Below, in pieces: positions 38,793 to 48,285 of a stretch of 64,000 nucleotides of DNA. Numbering within the stretch: position 1 is the first letter of the stretch; the number at the start of each line of letters is the position of its first letter. The stretch covers positions 62,001 through 126,000 of IMG/VR virus record IMGVR_UViG_3300038424_000251. One strand, 5' to 3'. Both the position numbers and the translations under genes were made by a program. Under the pieces are notes generated by a model, which saw only the letters and a list, made by a program, of their open reading frames with translations, made no database searches and had not been told where the DNA came from.

Positions 38793-38969
38793 ATGAAAAT
38801 AAATAAAAATACACAAAAATACTATGGTTTGTTTTACAAGAGTCACGGTGAGTGGATTGGCCCGTGGTTTCAAGAAATTCTTACAAAGAAACAAATAAGA
38901 GAAGAACTACCCGGACTCAGACGTGTTCTGAAATCCAAAGTCATTGCTAAAAAAGTTAAGTTCGTGTAA
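38793..38969 (+). CDS. small hypothetical protein (58 aa, YGLFYKSHGEWIGPW), not on the ORF track
   Basis: ATG to TAA exactly fills the gap between clamp and clamp loader. Confidence 0.65.
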   Translation: MKINKNTQKYYGLFYKSHGEWIGPWFQEILTKKQIREELPGLRRVLKSKVIAKKVKFV

Positions 38970-38971
38970 TT

Positions 38972-39955
38972 ATGGATTTCTTGGTTGAATATAGTAAACC
39001 CCTCAAAAAAGACCATTCATTGTGGGTGGAAAAATATAGACCATCCACAATGGATGAATATATTGGGAATGAAAGTGTTAAAGAGAAAATCAATCAATAT
39101 ATTCAGAAGAATGACATTCCGCATATTCTTTTATTTGGCCCTGCTGGAACAGGTAAAACTTCACTGGCTAAGCTTCTAACAAAAAATATTAATTGTGATT
39201 ATCTTTATATTAATGCTTCAGACCAAAATGGAGTTGAAGATGTAAGAATCCAAATGAAGAATTATGCTTCTTCAGCAGGGTTTAAGCCTCTTAAAGTTAT
39301 TATTCTTGATGAAGCTGATAGATTAACTGCTGATGCTCAAGGTGTTCTTAGAAATATGCTGGAGGCTTATTCAGCTCATACAAGATTTATTCTCACATGT
39401 AATTTTGTGGAAAAAATGATTGCTCCAATTTCTTCTAGGGTTCAATCATTTGAAATTAAACCAATATCAAAAAAAGATGTAGCTTTAAGGTTGGTGGAAA
39501 TTTTACAAAGTGAAAATATATCGTTTACACAAGAAGATATTATTTTTATAATAAATACTTATTATCCTGATATTAGAAAAATAATTAACTTTGCTCAACA
39601 ATCAACAGTAGAAACAAAAGATGAAAATGGAAATGTTTCTCTCAAAATTAAGATTTCTAAAGAAAATGCTGTAGAGATGGATATGTTGAATAAATTAGTA
39701 GATTTATTGAAAAACCCCAATAAAGCTGGGGTATTTAATGAAATTCGTCAAATGACTACGGAATTTGATGCAGGTTCGTTAGAAACAGTATATAGATATT
39801 TATTTGATAAAGTAGAAGAATATGCTAAAGGAAAAGAAGCATTGATTATATATGAGTTAGCTGATTCTATATATCAAGCAGAGTTAGTTATACCAAAAGC
39901 TAGAGATATAACATTTTTAGCATGTATATATAAAATACTTAAACATTTAAAATAA
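38972..39955 (+). CDS. clamp loader AAA+ subunit (gp44/RFC small subunit-like)
   Basis: LWVEKYRP, GPAGTGKT, INASD, ILDEAD, FILTCN, SR. Confidence 0.95.
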   Translation: MDFLVEYSKPLKKDHSLWVEKYRPSTMDEYIGNESVKEKINQYIQKNDIPHILLFGPAGTGKTSLAKLLTKNINCDYLYINASDQNGVEDVRIQMKNYASSAGFKPLKVIILDEADRLTADAQGVLRNMLEAYSAHTRFILTCNFVEKMIAPISSRVQSFEIKPISKKDVALRLVEILQSENISFTQEDIIFIINTYYPDIRKIINFAQQSTVETKDENGNVSLKIKISKENAVEMDMLNKLVDLLKNPNKAGVFNEIRQMTTEFDAGSLETVYRYLFDKVEEYAKGKEALIIYELADSIYQAELVIPKARDITFLACIYKILKHLK

Positions 39956-39963
39956 AGGAAAAT

Positions 39964-40212
39964 ATGGAATTACCACGCACATTACCAAAAGGTAGAGAAC
40001 AAAAAAGAATTCTTGGTGAATTTTATGACCTCTATAAAGATAGAAAATGGTTATCTAGAGCTGAATTAATTGAAATGCATCCTGTACATTTGAAACCGAC
40101 ACTCCAAATTTATTGTGAATATGAACCCGCATTAGAAAGAAGAGAATTAGTTCAATTTTCTGCTCTCTATAATTTAGCATTGGAAATTTTTATTCGTTCA
40201 AATCAAGCATAA
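39964..40212 (+). CDS. hypothetical protein, paralog A
   Basis: Shares LGEFYD…W..RAE.IE.HP.H.KPTL.IYC.Y.P.LE…LALEI..RS with the next ORF. Confidence 0.75.
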   Translation: MELPRTLPKGREQKRILGEFYDLYKDRKWLSRAELIEMHPVHLKPTLQIYCEYEPALERRELVQFSALYNLALEIFIRSNQA

Positions 40213-40239
40213 CATTGTCAATTTAAAATAAGAAAAATT

Positions 40240-40521
40240 ATGGATAATCAACCAGAACAAACAACCCAAATAGAATTACCACACTATTACAAACAGTTAC
40301 CAGATAGATTTAGATTAGCCTTAGGCGAATTTTACGATAATTCCAAAACTAAACAGTGGTTTCGCAGGGCAGAAATTATTGAAAATCATCCTACACATAT
40401 GAAACCTACTCTTGAAATTTACTGTGATTATAATCCGGTATTGGAAATGAAGGACATACTTCAATTTATTGACAAGTATGGTTTAGCGTTGGAAATTATT
40501 GCTCGTTCACACCAAGGGTAA
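40240..40521 (+). CDS. hypothetical protein, paralog B
   Basis: Tandem paralog of 39964..40212. Confidence 0.75.
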   Translation: MDNQPEQTTQIELPHYYKQLPDRFRLALGEFYDNSKTKQWFRRAEIIENHPTHMKPTLEIYCDYNPVLEMKDILQFIDKYGLALEIIARSHQG

Positions 40522-40552
40522 AAATAAGTTTTAGTAAATATTTAGCATAATT

Positions 40553-41092
40553 GTGAAAAATCTATTATACAGAACAAAAACGTACTTAGTAGGTCCAATG
40601 CAATATAAGAACGGGGAAGATTGGAGAAATAAAATTACGGTTATATTGAAAAAAATGGGGGTTGTAGTTTTCAATCCTTATCACAAACCATTCTTAAAAG
40701 ACATAAAAGAAGACGATAATACAAGAAAACATATTAGTGAATTGATGGAAGAAGAAAAATACGATGAAGTTCAAGAGAGAATGAGAGAAGTTCGTGCGTA
40801 TGATTTAAACTTGGTTGATAGGTCAGATTTTATTATAGCATATATTGACCCAAAAACTCCCACTTTTGGTGCAGTAGAAGAATTGGTCACTGCTGTAAGA
40901 ATGAAGCGGCCAACTTTCATTGCTGTTGAAGGGGGTAAAAAACTTTGCCCTTATTGGTTACTTGGGATGTTTCCACACAAATACATCTATGATAGCGTAG
41001 ATAATATATCAAAGATGTTGATTAAAATTGATAATGGTAAAAAAGAAATTGACTCTGATAGATGGCGTTTATTAAAAAAAGAATATAGATAA
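40553..41092 (+). CDS. nucleoside 2-deoxyribosyltransferase-like / nucleotide N-glycosidase
   Basis: YLVGPM, WR, VFNP, DL..VDRSD.IIA, T.G…EL..A. Confidence 0.8.
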   Translation: MKNLLYRTKTYLVGPMQYKNGEDWRNKITVILKKMGVVVFNPYHKPFLKDIKEDDNTRKHISELMEEEKYDEVQERMREVRAYDLNLVDRSDFIIAYIDPKTPTFGAVEELVTAVRMKRPTFIAVEGGKKLCPYWLLGMFPHKYIYDSVDNISKMLIKIDNGKKEIDSDRWRLLKKEYR

Positions 41093-41094
41093 TT

Positions 41095-41187
41095 ATGATA
41101 ATAAAAATTTTATTAGCGTGTGGAATATTGCTTTTTCTTACTTGGTTGTTAAATAGAAAACCAAATTCTCCATCAGAAGGAATATGA
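41095..41187 (+). CDS. 30-aa single-TM peptide (MIIKILLACGILLFLTWLLNRKPNSPSEGI)
   Basis: Fills the gap between two genes; hydrophobic helix. Confidence 0.45.
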   Translation: MIIKILLACGILLFLTWLLNRKPNSPSEGI

Positions 41188-41190
41188 GGA

Positions 41191-41499
41191 ATGAAAACCG
41201 GAGTCCAGATAATAGAAGAAGAACGCCAACGACAAATTTTAGTTGAGGGTTGGACTCCAGAACATGATGATACACATACATTAGCAAGCATGACAATGGC
41301 TGCTATTTCTTATGCTGTTATTGCTGCCTCCAAATCTGGTCGTTCAATTACTGGAGATTGGAATGGACTTTCTGAAATAATGTGGCCAGTAGAATGGGAT
41401 AAAAAATGGTGGAAACCAACTGATAACCCAATCCGAAATCTTGCTAAAGCTGGCGCTCTCATTGCTGCAGAAATTGATAGACTTCAAAGATTACATTAA
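41191..41499 (+). CDS. conserved phage hypothetical protein (ERQRQ…EGWTPEHDD…KAGALIAAEIDRL)
   Basis: Recognisable widespread phage domain; GAGGA SD. Confidence 0.75.
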   Translation: MKTGVQIIEEERQRQILVEGWTPEHDDTHTLASMTMAAISYAVIAASKSGRSITGDWNGLSEIMWPVEWDKKWWKPTDNPIRNLAKAGALIAAEIDRLQRLH

Positions 41500-41543
41500 G
41501 TAATTCTTACCTTAAATAGACAAAGTTTTAGACAATGCCATAC

Positions 41544-41551
41544 TATTTATA
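41544..41551 (+). promoter_or_regulatory. putative late-promoter motif TATTTATA immediately before the ATG
   Basis: Same motif recurs at 42346, 52938, 53566, 5548-5554(-) and 49780-49786(-). Confidence 0.6.
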
Positions 41552-41554
41552 TGC

Positions 41555-42304
41555 ATGGCAAAAAAAGTCATTAAAAGAGTTATTAAGGAAAATACCTTTG
41601 AAGCAGGACCATCAGGGGGAACGGGCGCAACAAACTACCAAACTCCCTACGGTACTCCAAGCGGTGGAAATACCACACAAGGTCCATCTCATTTTTCTTC
41701 TTCCGATAAAGCAGACCATTTTTATCCTAATACTCCTTCTGGTTCTGCTATGCCTTCTTCATCTGATGAAACAGGTAATAGAAGCAAAATAAAAACAGGA
41801 TATCCAGATGGTAAAATAGTTGATATGGACAAAAGTGAAACTGATGATGGTGAAGGAATAGCTGGGAAAAATATGGGAACTCAGATTATGAGTCCTGCTG
41901 GAGCAGCTGGCAATAAACAAGCAGACAGACCTTTAAATCCAGACCAACGTTTTGACCCACAGGTTGACAAACTATTTCAAGGAAAAAGACATACTCCATC
42001 TCCCGATGAAATAATGTCAGCACTTCAATACGAATTAAGTCAGATGGTTAAGAAAGATAAATCTATAGCTAAACAAACAGTATTGAAAAATCTTAAAACC
42101 GACCCACATTACTACAGTAGGCTACTTATGTTAAATATTGATGATAAAAAAATGAAAGTTGATGAAACCACTTTTTCTAAAACTAAAGCAGTTCTTGATG
42201 AAATGATTGCTGCTAAAAAGAAAAATAGAGCAGTAGAAAATTCTCCTGAAATAACCGAAATCTTTAAGGATTTATACGATAAAAGAAATGCCTTAAGAAA
42301 ATAA
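41555..42304 (+). CDS. putative internal head protein with DUF5661-like helical domain
   Basis: MAKKVIKRVIKE leader, G/S/T-rich region, AKQTVLKNLKTDPHYYSRL. Confidence 0.6.
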   Translation: MAKKVIKRVIKENTFEAGPSGGTGATNYQTPYGTPSGGNTTQGPSHFSSSDKADHFYPNTPSGSAMPSSSDETGNRSKIKTGYPDGKIVDMDKSETDDGEGIAGKNMGTQIMSPAGAAGNKQADRPLNPDQRFDPQVDKLFQGKRHTPSPDEIMSALQYELSQMVKKDKSIAKQTVLKNLKTDPHYYSRLLMLNIDDKKMKVDETTFSKTKAVLDEMIAAKKKNRAVENSPEITEIFKDLYDKRNALRK

Positions 42305-42330
42305 ACCAACCTTAATATTTTGTTGGTTTT
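42303..42330 (+). terminator. possible intrinsic terminator AAACCAAC…GTTGGTTT
   Basis: 8-bp stem directly after the stop codon. Confidence 0.4.
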
Positions 42331-42359
42331 AACAAAACAAATGAATATTTATATACATT

Positions 42360-44207
42360 ATGGAATATCGAGATTTCTTCAAAAATAAAAAGGCAACTGT
42401 GAAAGACATTGAACAACTTCTACCAGAAGGTGTTGACCCAAAAGAATTTCAAAAAGGCATCATTGCTGAATTTAAGCATACCGAAGATGAATTTACCGCT
42501 GCAAAAATTGCAAGTAAAAATCTACAAGAGGATGCAAATTACTATTCTAAAATTCAAGAATCAATCGAAGATGAAGAAGAATGCGTAGGAGAAGGTTGTG
42601 AAGAAGAAGAAGAATGCGCAGAATGTATAGATGATAATGGTGGACTTCCTCTTATGGGTGGTGCTCTAAATATTCCCCATCATGGCCAACCTATTCGCCT
42701 TGGTAAAATTATTCAAGTGGGTAAAGAATTTGGTGGTCCAGCTAGTGGTGAATTATCAGGTATGACTAAAACAGGAGTAACTAAAGACAGGGGTGGTGTT
42801 CCAGCCATTGAACCCGGTGATAAAGAACCTATAACAGCTGCAGGTAAAGGAACTAATAAGAGTTCTATTGCTTCTAAATCTGTTGGTGGTACTGTAGTAC
42901 CGGGAGAAGGTCAGAAACAAGGCGGTCTAAATACTAAAGGAACTATTGCTAGCACACCTAGATTAGATGAAAATAAAAAACAAGTTCGTGAAATTGTCAA
43001 GGAAGTTTTAAAAGAAGTTAGATTTGATGAAAATTCAGGTAAATGGGTAAAAATTGATGAAGGCAAACACAAACCCGGATGTAAATGTGCATTTTGTATG
43101 AATAAAGGAAAATTTGGTAAGAAATCTAAAACGGATAATGAAAAAGAAGATGTTGATGAAAGTACAGTTGATATGAAAATGGGACCATCTTACAAAGTTG
43201 TTCAACCTACATTAGCAAAAACTTCTGAACCAGACTTCTTTGCAAGAACTAATCAGTATGACCCAGAAATAAGTGAAATGTATGATGAAGAAGAAGAATG
43301 CAAGATGAATAATCGTTATGTTGAATTGGCAAATGCACAACGTAATCTTAATGAAAATGAATTATCCGAATTAAAGTCTCTTCGTGAAAAAATTGATAGA
43401 CTGGAAGAAAAGAAAAGAAAAAAAAGATTTCTCAAACAAGCAATCAAAAAATCCCATAAGGGATATTGCACGCCTATGACCAAGCCAACTTGTACCCCAC
43501 ATAGAAAAGCGCTAGCAAAACGATTGAAACCGGGCGGGGACCTTTATCAAAAAGCTCATGGTAAAGAAGAACAGCAAGAAACTTTTAAAAAAACAATGGA
43601 ACCACATTTTGGTTCTGATTGGGCAGAAGAAGAAGAAGAAGAAGGATATGAAGAAGATGAAGGACTTTCTCTTGAAGAAATAGTCAATATGAAGATGGGT
43701 CCAGCCTATAAAGTGGTTCAACCTACATTAGCAAAAACATCTGAACCGGATTTCTTTGCTAGAACAAATGAATACGACCCAGAAGTAAGTGAAGCTATAG
43801 GGGAAGAAGGTGGTGTTGAAAAAGGTCATAAAGGACAAGCTGGATTTAATTTATGGCTATGTCGTGACCCTAAATGTCGCCAAGAAGTAACAGCAAAAGA
43901 AAAACCAGAAGATATTAAATGGAATGATGGTCATGTATGCCGTTTTGAAAAAATAGAAGAAGAATCGGTAGAAGAAGTTGGTGGACAAGCTGTTCAACAT
44001 AGTTCTTATAGAACCGTTGGTCATGGTAATCTTCCACAAAGCGGAAAACAAAGATGGGCTGATGATTTAGATGAAGCAAAAAAAAGAAGTAAAGTAGTTA
44101 AGACCATCCAAAAAGGTATGAAATCAAAAACAGCTACATTTGCTCAAAAATTAAAACACCAACCACCTAAAAAAACAACCAGTGGTGTTCATAAAAGAAA
44201 GCCGTAA
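42360..44207 (+). CDS. putative internal head polyprotein: DUF5661-like N-terminus, acidic linkers, repeated peptide
   Basis: GIIAEFKHT…AAKIASKNLQEDANYYSKI; many (L/V/I)xE sites; preceded by TATTTATA. Confidence 0.65.
   Translation: MEYRDFFKNKKATVKDIEQLLPEGVDPKEFQKGIIAEFKHTEDEFTAAKIASKNLQEDANYYSKIQESIEDEEECVGEGCEEEEECAECIDDNGGLPLMGGALNIPHHGQPIRLGKIIQVGKEFGGPASGELSGMTKTGVTKDRGGVPAIEPGDKEPITAAGKGTNKSSIASKSVGGTVVPGEGQKQGGLNTKGTIASTPRLDENKKQVREIVKEVLKEVRFDENSGKWVKIDEGKHKPGCKCAFCMNKGKFGKKSKTDNEKEDVDESTVDMKMGPSYKVVQPTLAKTSEPDFFARTNQYDPEISEMYDEEEECKMNNRYVELANAQRNLNENELSELKSLREKIDRLEEKKRKKRFLKQAIKKSHKGYCTPMTKPTCTPHRKALAKRLKPGGDLYQKAHGKEEQQETFKKTMEPHFGSDWAEEEEEEGYEEDEGLSLEEIVNMKMGPAYKVVQPTLAKTSEPDFFARTNEYDPEVSEAIGEEGGVEKGHKGQAGFNLWLCRDPKCRQEVTAKEKPEDIKWNDGHVCRFEKIEEESVEEVGGQAVQHSSYRTVGHGNLPQSGKQRWADDLDEAKKRSKVVKTIQKGMKSKTATFAQKLKHQPPKKTTSGVHKRKP
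43167..43793 (+). repeat. two copies of a 37-codon repeat (43167-43277 and 43683-43793)
   Basis: VDMKMGPSYKVVQPTLAKTSEPDFFARTNQYDPEISE vs VNMKMGPAYKVVQPTLAKTSEPDFFARTNEYDPEVSE. Confidence 0.9.
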
Positions 44208-44215
44208 TTTTCAAT

Positions 44216-45844
44216 GTGGGTCTTAAAAAATCACAAAAAAATGTAAGTGCTTATCGCTCTCATATGGAGATGCGAGAAGGTCTTAGTTTTAGTGATTATT
44301 TTGATGATTCTGTTCCTTACGAAGTAAAACCTCTTCCTCCGGTTACTCCAACTATGGAAGAAGATGATAATAAGTTTGTTGGACATTCTGATTTTCCTAC
44401 TCAAGCCAAAGATTTATTTAAAGGTCTTTGGGAAACCGAAAATTTATTAAACAGTAAATATGACTCTTTTTGGTTAGATAAAATAGGGAAATTTTATTCT
44501 GCTGGTAGTTCACATTTCCACTGGGCCCAAATGTATTTAAGACAAAATAATGTTGTGCATGGCGAATATACAGTGTCAGAAAAAATGTTTGAGTTGGGAT
44601 TTATTAAAGTTTCATTGTTTAGATTATACAAAAAGCTTAATTTTGAATATGATAGAAAAATAGGTCCTCCAAATTATCGTCAAATGGCAAAATTAAAAAA
44701 TGCAGCAATAGAGTTAGGATATACTTTACATGATACTATAACAAATAAATCAATAGAACTTACAGAGTCACTTTTACTTAAAAATATCTTAAATTGTCCA
44801 AAAACCAATAAATTGATTTTGAAAGAAGCAGCAAGAATTCTATCTCCAAATACACACTACTTTTTGGATCCCCAAGGAGAATTTCACAACGTTGACATAG
44901 AAGGCAGTCATATGAACTGGACTAAAAAATATATGGCTTCTAAAGGACTTACGTATCATAGTGAAGGAAATCCATACGCAGCAGCATTCAAATTAGGATT
45001 AATTAGAATAGTAACTGATGAAAATATGATGGTTATTGACCATTCAAAAGAAGTATTGCCCACCGAACTTCAATTAAAGATATTAAAAGATACGGCTAAA
45101 AAATCTGGGTTAATTCTGTTTGATAATACTCTTAATAAGACTATAAACCTTACAGAATCATCAAATTTACTTGATAATAGAAGGATTAAAGACCTATTTA
45201 TAGAAGGTATGATGCCCGATGACATAGATACATTTAAATCGCACTTGGTACAGTTATTTGCTCATTTACAAAAAGAGTTAAAATTCAAAATTGTTCCAAA
45301 AGTAAAACTGTTGTCAAATGACAAGAATGCTGCAAAAGTTTTAGGCAAAACAGCTTATTATGACCCTGATACTAGAACAATTAATTTATATGTAACCGAT
45401 AGACATCAAAAGGATATTCTTCGTTCTTTTTCCCATGAAACAGTTCATCATTGGCAACATGAGAATGAAAAATTTCAAACGAGTAGAACCGGAGGTAAGG
45501 CTGGTGAAGACCCCCAATATGCTCAACACAATCCTTGGTTGCGACAGATGGAAAAACAAGCATACTTACTTGGTAATATAATCTTTCGTGATTGGGAAGA
45601 CCAGAAAAAAGCTAAAGACCGAAAAAGTGGTAAAAAAATGGTTGAACTGCATGGGAAGAATAATGTATCCAAAGATTCTCATACTCCTATAATGAAAAAA
45701 TATTATCGTCCATCTCACCCCTATAGAAAGCATACAGAAGGTCCGTATCCTAATCCTGAAGGAGATGATGGCGAATGTATTAGTGAAAAAACATATTTAC
45801 TTGGTAAGGAATATCCACGGAAAAAAATGGATTATAGTGGATAA
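44216..45844 (+). CDS. multidomain protein: duplicated ~100-aa domain plus C-terminal HExxH metallopeptidase-like domain
   Basis: Repeats ending NK.I.LTES; TAYYDP…LRSFSHETVHHWQ…MEKQAY. Confidence 0.7.
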   Translation: MGLKKSQKNVSAYRSHMEMREGLSFSDYFDDSVPYEVKPLPPVTPTMEEDDNKFVGHSDFPTQAKDLFKGLWETENLLNSKYDSFWLDKIGKFYSAGSSHFHWAQMYLRQNNVVHGEYTVSEKMFELGFIKVSLFRLYKKLNFEYDRKIGPPNYRQMAKLKNAAIELGYTLHDTITNKSIELTESLLLKNILNCPKTNKLILKEAARILSPNTHYFLDPQGEFHNVDIEGSHMNWTKKYMASKGLTYHSEGNPYAAAFKLGLIRIVTDENMMVIDHSKEVLPTELQLKILKDTAKKSGLILFDNTLNKTINLTESSNLLDNRRIKDLFIEGMMPDDIDTFKSHLVQLFAHLQKELKFKIVPKVKLLSNDKNAAKVLGKTAYYDPDTRTINLYVTDRHQKDILRSFSHETVHHWQHENEKFQTSRTGGKAGEDPQYAQHNPWLRQMEKQAYLLGNIIFRDWEDQKKAKDRKSGKKMVELHGKNNVSKDSHTPIMKKYYRPSHPYRKHTEGPYPNPEGDDGECISEKTYLLGKEYPRKKMDYSG

Positions 45845-45857
45845 AAAAATTGATAAT

Positions 45858-46322
45858 ATGCTTCTTAATGAAATAGTAAAAGGAGTGATATTGGAAAGAA
45901 AAGCAAGTTCCTTCCTTAAATTTTATCACGAATTGGAAAAAGGATATGACCCTGATGATGCTATTTTGTTTGACTGTTTGATGACTTTAAAAGAATACTA
46001 TGAAGATTATATTGATTGGTATGATAAATATCCAGACAAAAGAAAAACAGATATGGAAGTATATCCACATTTTAAAAAACGACTGGAAGAAATAAATGTG
46101 GCTTTGGAATCAGATGATATAAAGAAAAAAATAATAGCTATTGATAATGGAATTAACCAATGGCATTTAGATTTTCCCGTAGTTTGGCATTTATGGATGG
46201 ATGCTGGTGGTGAGAATGAAGAAGGAAACGAATGGGAACAAGTTAGGGATTTATTAATAAATCTGGATAAATTGCCAAGTGAAAGTCCATATGAAAGAAT
46301 TTATGAACCAACGGCTGTTTAG
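45858..46322 (+). CDS. hypothetical protein with MLLNEIVKGVILE leader (start reassigned)
   Basis: ATG at 45858 avoids overlap; leader resembles the other putative head proteins. Confidence 0.6.
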   Translation: MLLNEIVKGVILERKASSFLKFYHELEKGYDPDDAILFDCLMTLKEYYEDYIDWYDKYPDKRKTDMEVYPHFKKRLEEINVALESDDIKKKIIAIDNGINQWHLDFPVVWHLWMDAGGENEEGNEWEQVRDLLINLDKLPSESPYERIYEPTAV

Positions 46323-46333
46323 GAAATTATTTT

Positions 46334-46756
46334 ATGACCGACTTCAATCAAAGTGAAAATCAGTTGAGTTTGGGATTTGAAGAATATCCAGATTTAAAGA
46401 CTAGCATTATTCCCGACTTTAATCAAGTAATCACCAAGAAAATAGAGACAATCAAAAGTAAGTTTGACCCTTACCAAATAATGATTCAGAAAAAGAAAAT
46501 AAATGATGGTGAAACTGAATATACCACCCCGAAGCAAACTTGGCTTGAAAAAGATATAAAAGTATTAGAAGACTTTTGCGAGCAACATGGGATTATTGGA
46601 TTCAATTGTGGTAGAATGTCACCTATTGCTGCTTTAGCATTTCTTAAGCAAGAACTTGGTATTGTTGATACTCCGTTGAAAGAAAAAATAAACGGTAATA
46701 ATCCAAATTATCCATATACAAATGCAATAAAGAAAAAGATGATTTTGAATAGTTAA
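46334..46756 (+). CDS. hypothetical protein with N-terminal QLSLGF motif
   Basis: 140 aa ORF. Confidence 0.65.
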   Translation: MTDFNQSENQLSLGFEEYPDLKTSIIPDFNQVITKKIETIKSKFDPYQIMIQKKKINDGETEYTTPKQTWLEKDIKVLEDFCEQHGIIGFNCGRMSPIAALAFLKQELGIVDTPLKEKINGNNPNYPYTNAIKKKMILNS

Positions 46757-47649
46757 TCGGATAACACAAATTTTTCCATATCACTGTAGTAATTTTTAAC
46801 CCACTCTTCTCCAACTTTTATTTGCTTATCAGAAAATTTTGCTAAAGAAAAATTTTCTTTTACAGTTGGATTTATACTCAAATAATTTTTTCCAAAAATT
46901 TGTTTCAATTGATAATCGGTTTCTTGTGAACCACTTTCAAACATTACCGAAACAGTTCTAATAATATTCATCAATGCTCCACAATGTATAAAACGAAGAG
47001 GATTCCACCGTTGAGGATATTGGCCGCAATGAAGTGTTAAAATCCTCATATTTTTTACTTTATATTTTAACTTAATAGCATCAGCGTATGTACACATACC
47101 CGGATTATTTGAGTTGGTGTCTCCGCCATCCCAAAATACATTATTACCATCCCTGAATGCTGGAAAATAAAATTGAGCAGAAGATGAAGCTCTAACTGCT
47201 TTCCATAATAAAGTATTATCTCCCTCATACGATTTAAAGAAGAATGGTTCATCGGTTGTCAGATTAAACGCTGGAATTAATATTTCAGTTTTACAATCTT
47301 TGAGAGTTTTATTATCAAATTTTTCTTTCAATAGTTTTTCTATCACTTTATCTGAATACATTGGATAGAAGAATCCAAAAGGATTCCACCATTTTTGATT
47401 ATACCATTTTCTTTTAAAGATTATGGGAGCATCTTCTATAAAAAAATTCATACATTCTTGAGCTGTTTTATCACTTGCTAATAATGCAGCTACTATAGCT
47501 CCAATAGATGTGCCTCCTATCAAATCGAAAATTTCATGGCATTTTTTCCCTGTTTTCTTTTCTAATTTGGCTAATAAACAGCAATACATGTATCCTTTGC
47601 ATCCGCCGCCTTCCAAATTCAAAATCCTTAATATTTTTTTATCTTTCAT
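46753..47649 (-). CDS. patatin-like phospholipase
   Basis: GGGCKG, GTSIG, RASSSA..YF, DGG. Confidence 0.9.
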   Translation of the reverse strand: MKDKKILRILNLEGGGCKGYMYCCLLAKLEKKTGKKCHEIFDLIGGTSIGAIVAALLASDKTAQECMNFFIEDAPIIFKRKWYNQKWWNPFGFFYPMYSDKVIEKLLKEKFDNKTLKDCKTEILIPAFNLTTDEPFFFKSYEGDNTLLWKAVRASSSAQFYFPAFRDGNNVFWDGGDTNSNNPGMCTYADAIKLKYKVKNMRILTLHCGQYPQRWNPLRFIHCGALMNIIRTVSVMFESGSQETDYQLKQIFGKNYLSINPTVKENFSLAKFSDKQIKVGEEWVKNYYSDMEKFVLSD

Positions 47650-47672
47650 TTTAGAAATTTTTGTAATTAAAT

Positions 47673-47708
47673 AACCAAAAAACGGATAGAATAATTATTC
47701 TATCCGTT
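47673..47708 (-). terminator. intrinsic terminator: perfect 28-bp palindrome AACGGATAGAATAATTATTCTATCCGTT followed by a U tract on the minus strand
   Basis: Direct sequence. Confidence 0.75.
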
Positions 47709-47733
47709 ATTGATTGTTCATTTATTGTTATTA

Positions 47734-48243
47734 TTAGTGTTTTATAATAGATGGTCTTCCTACATATGGTTTTGCAATTCTTAACATAGAAACCGTATTT
47801 GTATTATTACTTGTTCCCAAAGCTTCATCAAAACCAGTTGTAATAGCATCTAAAAATGTTACCGCAACAGCATTACTATTGACCTGACTGATTACATATT
47901 GACTGTAAAATCCATCATAAACTACAATCGTTGAATCTATAGCCAATTGTATCCATTGATTTTTTAAGTTAGGACTAATCGCATTTAAGTCTGATTCAAA
48001 TGTTGAGGGACTTAAATCTTTACCTGTAGCAAAAGTTTTGATAGCCGAATCAGCTAAAGAAAACCACACAACATTATTTGTATTTTGTTGAATAGCATAT
48101 TCAGCCCCCATATAGGCTGCTTGTTGAATTACTACGGCTGCAGCATTGATTTGAGATTGATTGTCCGTGGTTACGCAACCAGTGAAGGTAAATAATCCTA
48201 GAACCATTGCTACTAAACTTATATAAGTTGACATTTTTTTCAT
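47734..48243 (-). CDS. lipoprotein
   Basis: MKK-hydrophobic-FTGC lipobox. Confidence 0.75.
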   Translation of the reverse strand: MKKMSTYISLVAMVLGLFTFTGCVTTDNQSQINAAAVVIQQAAYMGAEYAIQQNTNNVVWFSLADSAIKTFATGKDLSPSTFESDLNAISPNLKNQWIQLAIDSTIVVYDGFYSQYVISQVNSNAVAVTFLDAITTGFDEALGTSNNTNTVSMLRIAKPYVGRPSIIKH

Positions 48244-48285
48244 TTATTTTCCTTTTATTTGTTTGTTTGTTTTTCCTCACCGTTG

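Noticed and set aside
43167-43793. Diversity-generating retroelement TR/VR pair
   Set aside because: Differences are mostly synonymous and not adenine-specific; no reverse transcriptase in the window
46753-47649. CBASS (CapV) operon
   Set aside because: No CD-NTase or Cap2/3 neighbours
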